Shown piece by piece: positions 1 through 12,700 of a stretch of 64,000 bases of DNA. This DNA comes from Octopus vulgaris. Taxonomy: Eukaryota. The position numbers were made by a program, and so were the translations under genes. The notes under the pieces are model-generated. The model ran no database searches. It was not told the origin of the DNA and worked only from the letters and a program-made list of their open reading frames with translations. Every line of letters starts with the position of its first letter. The first letter of the stretch is position 1. The stretch is taken from contig OX597816.1 of NCBI GenBank assembly GCA_951406725.2, positions 85,126,001-85,190,000 on the forward strand. Reading direction: 5' to 3'.

Positions 1-1252
1 CTCTGTTTCACATTTTCACATTTTCGGATTCACTTCATGTAATGCTTGATTGTTGGAGCCTCTGCATATGTCAACTGAATGGATTCTCTCTTTACAAATA
101 TAGATTTTTATTGAGCTACCTTACAAAAAACTTATTCCAAAAAGTATATCATGAGTTCATTGTGAGTATGTATTAGATGCAAACATTTAGATTTCACTTC
201 AATACAAACAAATCATTGCGGAACGCGAAAGCAAATATACACTATATCTAGTTATTATTCCATGCAATATAAAAATTATGTAACACATACGCGCATACAT
301 ACATGTACACAGACTGAACTCAAAAACGAAACAAAACGAAAGAATCCCTTTAATACAAATACAGCGGGAAACTATTAAAAGTCGGGCTTCGTACTGTGAG
401 ACTTCTGCCACCGCTACACAAAGAGAGTTGGTAACGCAATTCCCAGACATTGAATATTCTGAAGCGTTAACTCGAAACAGAAATTCCTGTCTTTAAATCT
501 AAACTTTCAAAGTAAGAGCAGTAATAAAATACAATGCTGGACTAATTTAAAACGCACTGAAGTTATACATGTATGCTGCGGAGCACATCTATACCCGAAA
601 CTCACAAACACTATAAAGATGCATATGAGCTATTGAGACAATAAAACGCGATATCATTTAATGCTCTCATAAGGTTCATAACAAGAAAGCCAAAATCCAA
701 TATCAATAAGAAAATATAACATATCACACAGAAAATATATCTCACAATTTATAGAAGAGTTTGATCTACTACATGCCAATAAAATTGCAAGAGAATCTAC
801 CACATACAACAGGCATATAGCATTTTGTATGAGCTAGGTATAAAATAGACAACAGAAACAGACAAACTTATAATAAATGAGAAGCTTAAAATACAATTGA
901 ACTGATCATGCAAAGAACAATCAAAGTTAAACCTCAACACACAACATTGCAGATGAAACAGAGGGGATACTGAAAAGGAGACTAACTTAAAGGAAAAAAC
1001 ATCGATAAGTCAATGAAAAAGGATCGGTGTGAATAACAGAGCAAATAACAGGCCACAAAAACAATAGGCAAGTGTAAGGGAGCCTGCATAGAGAGAAAAA
1101 AATAAAACATGCACGACAGATATCGAGAGCTTATTTGATCCGATCTAATCCACAACTGATTTACTAGCGAGGAAAGAACCCAACAGTATGCGAATATAGA
1201 TAGATAACCGAACATTGTTACTTCGCATGCAATGATGAAGGCATTCAGTATC

Positions 1253-1338
<86 letters not shown>

Positions 1339-1445
1339 GTGATGGCAATAAGAACGACAACGACAATCATAAGGAAATGAACGATGAGTTTGATGCCACC
1401 AATCATGAAGTAGATGACGGTGATGACGACGACGACGACGACGAC

Positions 1446-1503
<58 letters not shown>

Positions 1504-1530
1504 GTGATAATGATGGTGATGATGATGATA
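1253..1530. repeat. (GAT)n / (GAC)n microsatellites
   Basis: Long GAT run at 1253-1337 and mixed GAC/GAT run at 1414-1530; these explain the poly-S and poly-M ORFs. Confidence 0.97.
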
Positions 1531-2125
1531 TTTCTAATGGCGCAAATTAATATTGCAAAAAGATATCAGGTAACCGAAATGAACGCTTTAACAATGATAT
1601 GAGAAATAACATTTCTCAAATACAATGGGAATATGTCTTCAAGCAAACCATGTTTGGCAGAGAGCTCAGCAAGCAGGTAGTTTGGTTTATTTGGTCCTTA
1701 TTGAGTTCTCCTATAAAATGTATTGTTCTTATTCTGTGTACCTTGCTTTGTAATGTTTGTCAGATATCATTTGTAATACACACATTCTTGCACATATCAA
1801 TACACAACAAAAGCAATAAGAATAGTACAAGCAATATAAATAATATCGAAAATTAATGTAAAACATCCTGTATCCAAGAGATGATAATGTTCAGCAAGGA
1901 ATCTAATGCAGATCAAATAGATTTTATATAAACTGCGCATCAATGGTTTTTCTCTCTATCTCTTTGAAGCCAGAAAGAAGTAAATATGCTGAACAAATTA
2001 TGTGTATAAAAAAAAGCAGTCCAATAGAGGAAGATAAAGAAGTATGGACGCAGAGACATAGAGAGAACAGAGACAGAGATGTGAAGAGATCTATAGCAAC
2101 AACAACAGCAATACCACTACCAGTA

Positions 2126-2134
2126 ATAATGATG

Positions 2135-2226
<92 letters not shown>
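2126..2226. repeat. (AAT)n microsatellite
   Basis: About 33 AAT units. Confidence 0.97.
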
Positions 2227-2544
2227 TCTATGTTTATTATTGTCATCGTTTTTCATTCATATACAGGATTTTCAAAATTATATGGATAAAAGAAAAAACA
2301 ACATCTGAAGAATGAAAGGGTAAACATTTATACAAAATTCGGTAACGTCTTGAAATTTTATTTAAACTTCCATAAAATAATTAAACGAAAAGGCCCCGCT
2401 TACCACTTACACATCGATGGCGTTGATAACCGCTTTTTGCCATGTATCTAATGATACAAACATTTGGGCACCACTACACCCGAACTGTAATTGAAGCAAA
2501 AGTGGTTTCAGATGCCTTATATACTACGAAATATGGGGTGGTGG

Positions 2545-2706
2545 CAGGAAGCTAGTCGACTACATCGTACACAGTTCTCACCAGGTACTTATTCTATTGA
2601 CTATGGAAGGGTGAAAGGCTGTCACCCCTGGCAGTATTTGAATTCAGAACGTAGAAACAGAAGAAATGCCGCTAAGTATTTTTTCCTGGATTGCTAACTA
2701 ATCTGC
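2545..2706 (-). mobile_element. Degenerate SINE family B copy
   Basis: ccaggtacttattctattgac...gtgaaagg...tttgaattcagaacgta...gaaatgccgctaag is a decayed match to the copies at 4023-4257 and 50621-50858. Confidence 0.7.
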
Positions 2707-2712
2707 TTTCCG

Positions 2713-3645
2713 TGTTGTACAACGTACAACCTCTTTGACCATAGACACCAAGCAGAAGAAGGCTACTTGTTCGTCCTGGCTAAAGGAAGGTGGCGTGGTG
2801 GCTTTCACAATGGAGTTGGCTATTAACCGGATCCATCTTACAGGTGATAGTGAGTTTGCACTCAACTCCAGAGGACAGCAATATTCTAGAAACGTAAGTG
2901 TGCGCTGAAGACAAGTGCACCCCTCTGTGTATATCTGAGGCACACCAAGCTGACAGTACTAGCATGACTGTACAGTTTATTCTGGACCAGCAATGTCCCC
3001 TTGTAGCACTGCCAGGTCAAGAGTTTTCTGGAAATTAACCGTAGAATCTAAACCGATGGTCCCCTGGAACAGACAGCTAGTTGATTCTAGTCAGCACACA
3101 TAATCTCACTCCGACTGTCCTCGCACTTTCTCTAATCTCCTACAATACTAATCTCCTTTAATACATAATAGTGGAGCTTCCACTGACCAGAATGCCAGGG
3201 TTGACAGCGGGCTGTGACGATCTGATTACTGTGCGTCCTGCCTGACTCTCCGTTTCATCCAGAACTGCAGCTCGGTTAAGGAGACGTGCTATCAAACATA
3301 CCCGTTTGAGAAACGGCGATAACAGCTACTCACCGTTAAGTTAGCGCTGGAGGTCCGTTTCTAAGGTTCTCTTTACTGAATGATATTTTGTAATTTCTTG
3401 GCAAAGTTATAGAAACTCTAGTCTACGAGGATATAGCTATATATCATTCCTCTTAACTGAACTCTAGAACGAGTAATCGATGCTCCCGAACTAAACTAGA
3501 GTATTACAAAGTAGGTTCAGAATTTAAAGTATTGCATTTTGCCGTAACTTTTGAGTGCTTTCTTTCCTGTAAATCTAAAACAAGTCTATGATGCCCAATA
3601 CGAACACGATGTTACTATATAGCAACCAACACAACTGGTAGCAGA
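2713..3645 (+). mobile_element. Putative LTR (~920 bp) followed by a primer-binding site; truncated LTR retrotransposon
   Basis: Starts TGTTG (2713) and ends CAACA(CA) (~3631-3633). TGGTAGCAGA follows at 3636-3645, complementary to the last 10 nt of animal tRNA-iMet. GC content is higher than the flanks. No gag/pol seen. Confidence 0.4.
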
Positions 3646-3705
3646 ATTCGTGAGAATGTTTTTCAAAAAATATGGCAACTGAAATTGGATTAAAATTTTG
3701 ACACA

Positions 3706-4257
3706 AAAGGATAAATCCATCACATCGACCCTAATTTTCAAGTGTACTTATTTCGACACCCGAAACGATGAAAGCAATATCAACTTAGGTGGAATTTGAT
3801 GTCACAACGTAAGACACACAACATACCACTAAGAATTCTTCCCGGCATGCTAACAATTCTTTTCTATTCTAGGTACAAGGTCCGCAATTTTGGAGGAAGG
3901 GGCCAGTCATTTAGATCGACCCCAGTACGCAACTGGTACTTAATCTATCGACCCCGAAAGAATGAAAACAATGTCGACCTCGGAGGAATTTGAACTCAGA
4001 ATGTAAAGACAGACAAAATACCTATTTTTATTACTACCCACAGGGGGCTAAACACAGAGAGGACAAACAAGGACAGACAAACGGATCAAGTCGATCATAT
4101 CTACCCCAGTGCGTAACTGGTACGTATTTAATCGACCCCGAAAGGATGAAAGGCAAAGTCGACCTCGGCGGAATTTGAACTCAGAATGTAACGGCAGGCG
4201 AAATACCGCTAAGCATTACGCTCAGCATGCTAACGTATCTGCAAGCTCGCCGTCTTA
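3706..4257 (-). mobile_element. Tandem cluster of three tRNA-derived SINE family B units
   Basis: Minus strand has B-box GAGTTCAAATTCC and the central GCCTTTCATCCTTTCGGGGTCGAT...TACCAG domain. Units at ~3706-3857, 3858-4022 and 4023-4257. Confidence 0.9.
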
Positions 4258-5151
4258 CATCTAGCAACTGATTTTTCACTCAATAAATGCACAAGCAATG
4301 TATCCGGATAAAAACCTAATGCTGGTTTTAGTTGACAAGAGCTGTTTGAACAAATCACTCTTCAGTCAGACCATCAAAGCGACGGGAACTGTGTGAGGAA
4401 GCGATATAGACCCCAAAATCCTTTAAACTGTGAACAGAACGAACTGTTTTAATATTGACTATTAAATCATTAATAATATATTATATAACTATCAGTATTA
4501 TCACTTAATGTCGTCAAGAATGAAATACAGATGATGATGATGATGATGATGACGACGACGACGGTGACGATGATGGTGGAACTGGTGACGACGGTGGTGC
4601 TGAAGGTCGCTGTCATGAGAAGTGGGAGGAAGTTACGTGGAGAGGGAGGAGTAAAGAAGACAAAGCAACGCAATACTCTATATGTAGACAAAAAACAAAA
4701 GCAAAAACAATAGCATCATCATCAGCAGCAGCAGCAGTAGCAGCAGCGGCGATAGTAGCAGCGAGTTTAACAAAAGGAAATAACAAAAATAAGATAATTG
4801 TAAGGAAGAATGTATATGAAATATTTATAATTATAAATGTGAAATGCACTAAATGCTTTTAAAGCAAAACAATCTTCGTTTCCAGACTAAATATGATTGT
4901 ATACAAATAATACCACATTTCAGATGAACATTTTTGCTATTCACTTCTCTGTTAGTACATTTGTCAAAATTCGTCTTTTGTTAATGCTTTTCCAATAGTT
5001 ATTTATATTTCATTTTGGAAGTCATTCATTAAAGGCAACAAAGAAATATGAGACTGACCGAAAGTGTTATTTGTAACTTGTTTATGCATACAAATACACT
5101 AACTCACTCACTAGCACAAAGCGCGCGCAGACATATGCACACATATTTATA

Positions 5152-5152
<1 letters not shown>

Positions 5153-5226
<74 letters not shown>

Positions 5227-5265
5227 ATATAAGTGTGTGTGTATATATTTACATATCTATATATG

Positions 5266-5321
<56 letters not shown>

Positions 5322-5441
5322 TATAATGGAAAAGTTATACAAAATGTATAAATAGATGATGAATAAAGCACCGGCACGGTTTAGGTTACCTGTTGTTTTC
5401 AGTAGATTTACTCTAGAAACTTCGCAGTAGCATTTGGGGTA

Positions 5442-5502
<61 letters not shown>
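5153..5502. repeat. (CT)n/(AT)n/(GT)n compound microsatellites
   Basis: Dinucleotide runs at 5153-5325 and 5442-5502. Confidence 0.95.
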
Positions 5503-5504
<2 letters not shown>

Positions 5505-5696
5505 CAAAATGTGACCGCGTGTGTACTGTTGGCGATTTTTTTCCTCCGTCTTCCCTTCTCTGGATCTTTCCTTTTCCTATGTTTCTGACGAAGTGCTCCG
5601 CTCGAAACATTAAACACTCCTTCTTTCCTGAACATCCAATAATACTATACTGTTTCACGTCTTCGCGTTGTTGTGTTTTCATGTTTGGATTAACTT
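5503..5696 (+). mobile_element. ~200-bp repeat family C, probable Penelope-like pLTR/3' end with minimal hammerhead motif
   Basis: Closely similar inverted copies at 43158-43358 and 53632-53822. Contains GTTT-CTGACGA-A-GTGCtccGCTC-GAAA-CA-TT-AAAC at 5581-5615. Microsatellites on both sides. Confidence 0.75.
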
Positions 5697-5999
5697 TATA
5701 TATATATATGGGATTTGGATCGGTAATCATCTAGCACTCTGTACTTGAGAAGTTCCAATTTGTTAATTTTTACCTGTATTCACCTGTGGAAAAAGATTTT
5801 TTTACATGATGTAATAGTTCTCTTCATTAAAAAAAAAACACGTCTGAAACAGTTGTAGTAAACTACAATCCGTATGTTGATGTTGTCTATAGTTGAAATC
5901 ACTCGGAACCTGCAATTCATTTGGATCTAAAATCCATAGAAGGCGATGCAATAGGTGCATATGATATTAGTGACTCCTTTTTTATTCAGTCAGCCATTT

Positions 6000-6110
6000 G
6001 TGAATGATGCCTTCCGTTGTCAATGAAATAAGTATCAGTTGAACACTGGGATCAATGTAATCGATTTGTACTCCTATCAACATTTCAGGCCTTGTTCCTA
6101 TTGTAGTAAG

Positions 6111-6111
<1 letters not shown>
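6000..6111 (+). mobile_element. SINE family B 3' half
   Basis: aaataagtatcagttgaacactgggatcaatgtaatcga...caggccttgttcctattgtag running into (ATT)n. Confidence 0.65.
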
Positions 6112-6152
<41 letters not shown>

Positions 6153-6211
6153 GATTATTATTGTTGTTGTTGTTCTTATTGTTATTGTTATTGTTATTAT
6201 TGTTATTGTTA

Positions 6212-6310
<99 letters not shown>

Positions 6311-6318
6311 CCATTATT
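6112..6318. repeat. (TAT/TGT/CAT)n microsatellite
   Basis: Compound trinucleotide run. Confidence 0.97.
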
Positions 6319-7292
6319 CCTTCGTAACGCAGTGTAGGTCATCTGTCACAACAAGGATGTCACACACATAATATTTTCCTTAAGATGTACGCTGTGCCCA
6401 ATAAGGTTGCTTTTTGCAAGACATCAATCTTGCATGGGATTTCTGGTTGCCTTAAGAAGTCTTGAAGTTTCAATGGTATTGATCCCAACACTCCGATCAC
6501 CACTGGTATCCCTTTTACATTACCCTCTCGCATTCCATAGAATCTTACCATTTCTACTTTCAATTGAGAGTACTTGGTGATTTTTCCAACCACTTTACTC
6601 ACAAAATTCATGTCATTTGCTATGGCTGCATCAATGATCTGACAGTATTTGTTTCTCTTATTCAATATGAAAATATCCGGCCGACGCTGTTCGATTACAC
6701 GATCCATCTCAAAATCATAGTCCCAGATTATCGTACTTTTTCATCCTCCTGCATAACTTTACTTGGTACATGCTCATACCAGTTCTCTGTTACTTCATAT
6801 TGGTATTTACGGCATAAGAGCCAATGAGAATACACACACACTTTATCGTGGCAGTGCTTGTACTCTTTTTGCGCAAGGCTCTCATGCACTTACCAAGTGG
6901 GACACATTTTCTGCACTGTTTCCGCAGAGTCCGCATTTCTGGATGTCAGGAGTTTTATAGATGTTATACCTCATTGGTCTTGTGCAGCAATGCTCTCGAT
7001 TTCGGTGGTATGTTTCAAATCTTCTCGCTCAAACGATGCCCACGATGCTTTATTATCCTTAACGTCTTGTGTATTCCAATCAAACTGTTCGTGTATTTGG
7101 TTAAACTCTTCTTGGCCCATCATTTCATCTGCATTTATACCAATATCTTTCGCCGAATATTGCAGCAGGTCTTCATCACTATTTACTAAATACTCGGCAA
7201 GCATTCTCCTTTCACTTCTTATACAATGGTCTATATTAATTAGTCCTCTGCCACCATTCTTTCTTTTCATACAGAGTCTGTTTACGTTGCTT
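6319..7292 (-). mobile_element. 5'-truncated R4/Dong-like non-LTR retrotransposon (restriction-like endonuclease C-terminus), pseudogenised
   Basis: Minus-strand translation across frameshifts: KRKNGGRGL, AAQDQ, CRLCG...SHLVSA zinc-knuckle remnant, IIWDYDFEMDRVIEQRRPDIFIL...IID, K..KY, PVVIGVLG, LQKATLLGTAYILRKIL. Short 3' UTR leads into (GAT)/(AAT) repeats. Confidence 0.88.
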
Positions 7293-7306
7293 TACTACTA
7301 CTATTG

Positions 7307-7392
<86 letters not shown>

Positions 7393-7449
7393 ACTACTAC
7401 TATTACTATCATTATTATTATTATTATTATTATTAGTAGTAGTAGTAGT
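7293..7449. repeat. (TAC/TGC/TAT/TAG)n microsatellite
   Basis: Compound trinucleotide run at the 5' junction of the R4/Dong-like element. Confidence 0.97.
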
Positions 7450-8660
7450 CATATACACTCAACAGATTAGACTGTTGGAAAAGAAAAAATCCTAACATCG
7501 GACGACAAGTTGCCTTAGATGCCAAGAACCCTCCTAATAGCTTACAGCAAGTAACCTCATTATTCTTCTTATTGTTATTGTTGTTGTTATTGCTTTGTTA
7601 TAATATCTAAATATAATGCATCTGCGATTAATAAGAGAGTTATTTCCCTTTGTGTGGTTTACCTCCATATATCTAACGCTTGCACTTTTCTGTATAAATC
7701 CTTGACATTGTACTTCCATTACTATCGAAACTATTCATTTTTCAAAGATCTTATTTTGTATCGTACTTGTAGTTTTAACTATAATGATCATACGGTGTAG
7801 TTCAAAATTCTACCTCGGTATCACTAATGCCAGATAAATTCTTGCTAGGACAATTATGTAAAATATAGTTTTAAAGAAATCTTTCAAAGATAAAACGCTT
7901 GTAAAAAAGTTGTAGCTGCATTGATCAAAAGTAATTGAAGCAACATGATATCCAAGATATGCTGTCATTTTATTTTTCATCCTATTCCGCAAAAGCCAGT
8001 AAGTCTTCGAATGGCTAACAAGAATAAAGAAAAGAAATATGGGAACCTCATTATAGCCACGGAATATAATAATACACAATTTTAGTTATTTAATGGCATT
8101 ATACAAAGCTTATCATACAGACAGAATTCTTTGACATATGTTACGAAAAAAGAACAGATAAGTCGTTCTGACCTTTATACATCGCCAGCTGAAGATATTC
8201 ATTGTTATATTTCTGAAACTGAATAGCTAAGTCCAATTTAAAACTTTGAACATAAGGAAAATATCAAGTTTTTAACGACTAGGCCCAAAGACTTTTAATA
8301 CTCGGAAAAATTGAAATGCAAATTACTCAGGAAGTTAATATGACATTGGTAAAGTATTTTAGAGGCAATCTCTCGTACTGACTTCGCGACATAGTTTATT
8401 GCTTCCCAAAATTCGGAGGAAAAATCTGTTTAAGGAAGCTCGTGTTCATATTAACATTACAATTTGAAAATATCAGAGGCAAGCAAGTTATTGAACAGGG
8501 TACATATAATGCGTAGCCGCAATCCCACTACAGCTAATCGTTCCTGTAATTCCCACGAGGTAGATAGGTTTTATTTAAACGGCTATGAAGAATCATTATT
8601 TTCCTGAAATTAGGAATCAATGAATAAATCCAATTCAGCATTTATAATAAGATACAATCA

Positions 8661-8820
8661 GCATGTGGCTGTGTATTAAGAAGCTTGCTTCCCAACCACA
8701 TGGTTCCGAGTTCGGGCCTACTGTGTGACCCCTCTACACTATGGTCTTGAGTTGACCAAAGCCTTGTGAGTGGATTTGGTAGACGGAGACTGAGACAAAC
8801 TCGTCTTGTATTTATATATA
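8661..8820 (+). mobile_element. tRNA-derived SINE family A (CORE-like), 5' part
   Basis: gtggctgtgtattaagaagcttgcttcccaaccacatggttccgagttcgggcc...gccttgtgagtggatttggtagacgg matches the copy at 42332-42742. Confidence 0.85.
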
Positions 8821-9384
8821 TCAATAAAGTACAATAAATAGTAAATAGTAGTAAAAAGACTATGCGCGTTTCGTGGCTATATTTTCAAGTAGATAATAAT
8901 AATAAAATCAATTCGATTTAAAATTCAATCTATCTAAAATTAATTCTATTTCAAAATATAGTCACTCATCTATAATAATACATAATAAAAAAATAATAAT
9001 AGAATAAATATACTTATCGTAACTTATACTAATTATCTAACAAATTTATAAAAATATGTGTATTAACTATAAATAATCAAAAAACTTTTAACAATATTTC
9101 TTAAATTAAAAATCATAAGTTATCTTATCGAAGGATTTTCGTTAACTAAAAATTTAAACGTAATACGTAGAACTTAGCGTTTATAAGAAATATATCGTGT
9201 GAAAATATGGCGAAAATAGAATTTATGGAAGAAAATAAATAGAAATATGTATTTAAGCTATTAAAATTATAAATGTATTTTACCTGTGGGAATAAGAAAA
9301 AAGTTAACTTAATATACCATTTACTGGAAAAATTGTAAAGTCTAAATAATTTAAATACTAAATGCGTATATATACATATATTTT

Positions 9385-9790
9385 TTTTATTCATTTACTT
9401 GTTGTAGTAATGTGTCTGCGGCCATACTGAAGCAGCGCCTTAAGGAGTGTTAGTCAAAGAAATCTACTCCAAGACTTATTCTTTGTAAGCCTAGTACTTA
9501 TTCTATCGGTCTCTTTTGCCGAACCATTAAGTTACGTGGTCATAAACACAGAAGCAACCGTTTTTAAGGCATGGTGTGGCGGGGTACAAACAGAGACACA
9601 CACATACAAATACATCCATAAATATTCTACGTGCTTCTTCAACGTTCAGTCTACCAAATCCACTCACATGGATTTAGTCAGCTCGCAGCTATAGCAGAAG
9701 ACGCACTAGACCAAGGTGTTAAGCAGTGAGACTGACCTGGAGCCATGTGGTTGGGAAGCAAGCTTCTCAGGACACAGCCCTGTCTGCACC
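9385..9790 (-). mobile_element. SINE family A, full length, diverged
   Basis: Colinear with 42332-42742 from the tRNA-like head to the ...gctgcttcagtatggccgcag 3' tail. Confidence 0.88.
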
Positions 9791-12700
9791 TATCCATCCA
9801 TCCATCCATTTATACATACACACACACACGCACACATACATACACACACATAATTTTCTTGATCCTCCGATAGAATCATTTTATACAAATAGTAAAGACA
9901 TGCACAGTGTAGAAGTTCATATATGTTTTTCCTAACGTAAATACAAATTCGTCCCTCCAGTTATGCTCACAATCACAAGTACTGCCCGAATCACGTTATG
10001 TATGCTAAGTCATACTGTAGTTCGCTTATGCCACGTATTCCATAGTCAACTATATGCTCTGGATCCAACGCAGGGAAGATTCCGAGTGTGGTGTAGTATA
10101 AAAAAACATAGATGTGTTGAGGTTCCTTACAGCTTTTTCAAGTCGTGAGGATCAACTTACACTGTGTCTTATTTATGTGAACGGTCCTAAGTGTCAAATT
10201 TTACTGTTAATTCACTTGTAGAACAGTTTTTGTTTTTATTTTAAACATAATGTAATATTTTTGTTCATCAATACAGAACACCCTGGAATAGATTAGTGAA
10301 CATCAAGCCATCCGTGTTATTGTACACACGTGCGCACGCACGCACGCACACACACACACACACATGCACACACACATTCACACACATGCACACACACATT
10401 GGGTCTTATTTACATCATTAACTAAATCAAAAGGAACTACGGTAAAATTTATGTTCATTAATTCAAACAGACATCCTCGGAAGATCTAAATCAAATTATA
10501 GCTAGTCACAAGGACGCTAGCAGGCTTATATTTTCTAGGAACATTGAATTCCATATATATTCAATATTGTTTGTCATATATATTCAATATTGTTTGTCTA
10601 ATACATTAAAAAAATACTAGTCGCAGTGGAACAGACATCACACACAATACAATATTGGTGAGCATAGCAGCAAAATCAAATGGAAAAACTTTCTAAAATG
10701 AGCAAACGCAAAAACATATTACTGCGATTGCCGGCTTTAATCGATATCAGACAAAAATGCGGAGCCAGCAAAAGACATCATCACGTCCTTATTTCCATTA
10801 CTATTAAACCTCCAAACCAGGCACAATTGGTGAATACCAGGGAAGTCATTCACAGCAACAACAACAAACGCTAGCGCTGAATGACGAGAAATACCCCTTT
10901 ATAACAGTCCTACCCGGTCCAATTATGAGTATAGTTATGCGATAAAGGCCGAAATGGAAATAAGTAGAATTTGATCTTAAATGAAGTTACGCTTGCTTAA
11001 GAAGGAATTATTTATGAATATATTCCGAACATAATATTCACCATTTTCTCATTGCTTAACGTTTCGTGCATAACTTTTATAGTGTTTTCTGAGATATGCA
11101 GATGAATAAAGCACACGGCCAGAAAGTAATTGACTGTAATTTTGTGTCACTATATTAATCTCTTGTCGAAGAGCAGAATACCTCTGGGATCTTATTTATC
11201 TTTCGTTTCCACAGAATTATGTGGAATCATTGTGGTTAATCACTATGGAACAGCAGTAAATTCCCTAGAAGCTCTGCATTTTTCATTCCAGAGAGATAGC
11301 CTAATTAGGATATTGAAATTGTGACCACTCGAGAGATATATCAATCGTCTGCCACATATCTGCATTTCCTAACTATGATATCATACACCAGTACCATATA
11401 TATTCTATGTTTACAGGGTAAAAAAAAAAAAAATTAAAAGAGATATCGTAAATCATTCAGTTCGATTAGCCCTCTTTGCTTTTCTTAACGTCAAAGAAAA
11501 CATTTATTACTTTCTTCGGAATATACTCTTATATATTTCCAGAGAGATGAGTAAAAGAAAACTATCTATATTTTTCTAAACAGTAAGCTATTCTACATTT
11601 ATTACGTGTTTTATCATCCGTGGAAGTCAAACAGGCAGTTCTTTAAAATGAAATTTGGTCCAGTAATGAATCAAAAGAATTTACTGCATATCATTTATGA
11701 AGACTTTCACAATTTTTTATATTAAATATTTGTGCGTTCAAATCTTGTCTCAGCTGAACGTGAGGAAATGAGCACTGTTACTCTTCGTTCTGTACAAGTG
11801 AAATCAATGCTATTTGGACTGTATAATTCAATTCTCAAAATTCCCAGACATTGGACTGGACGAGAGCACATAATTCAATAGCGAAAGGTGAAGAACCGGT
11901 ATGTTAAATTTAATATATTAACAATTACATTGTCGCGTTTACAACGTATAACTGTCTTGGCTTCTCTAGATATCTTCTCATTATATATAATATGCATTTT
12001 GAAAAGTGTAAACGGAAACGTTCTTATCCTTGCACGTGGATATATGATTCTATAAAGTACGTAAAGATAAGGAATAGAGAAGTGCAATAGAAAGCCTCTA
12101 GTGTCTATGTATCATCATTGCAGATCAATGAAACGCTGAATAATTTTGCAGAGTTTACACTGTTGATGGTAGTAAGCCGTATTATCTTGTGATAACTACT
12201 TACAGATTTGTGTACCAGGCTGAGGAAAGTTAAGATTCTTAGCTATAGATACAATGTAGCATGGTATGTTAATATAGAATACTACTATTCAACTAATTGT
12301 AAGATATATATCGACCCATATTTGACAATTCACTGGATACAATATGAAGTGGATCTGGAAAATAAGAAGAGAATTTGCGCAGATACTTTAGTTGACCAAA
12401 TCTATTCACACAATGACCATTGAACACTTTATGAACATTCGGAGACTTCATTATAAAACATCCAATATTTTAATACACGATTTCAGAATGTCCTCCTTCT
12501 TTGGAACAAATACTACCATGTCTATCACTTTTTTTTTTTCATTTTGATAATTGCATCTCAAGTACACTATAGAATAGCTGGCATCCAATATGCTGAGCAA
12601 CTCGCACATTCTACAGTGCTAATTACGACCAGCCTGATAAAGAATAATCTTGTTTACAGTTGACCTACATTGTTTTCTGAGAAATGTTAGTCATTGTATA

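Noticed and set aside
3706-4257. tRNA genes or a CRISPR-like array suggested by repeated B-box units
   Set aside because: Units are SINE heads without a cloverleaf; no repeat-spacer regularity; eukaryotic context
8180-8232. CTGAAGA...GAAA...TA hammerhead-like word order
   Set aside because: No stem I or convincing stem II pairing
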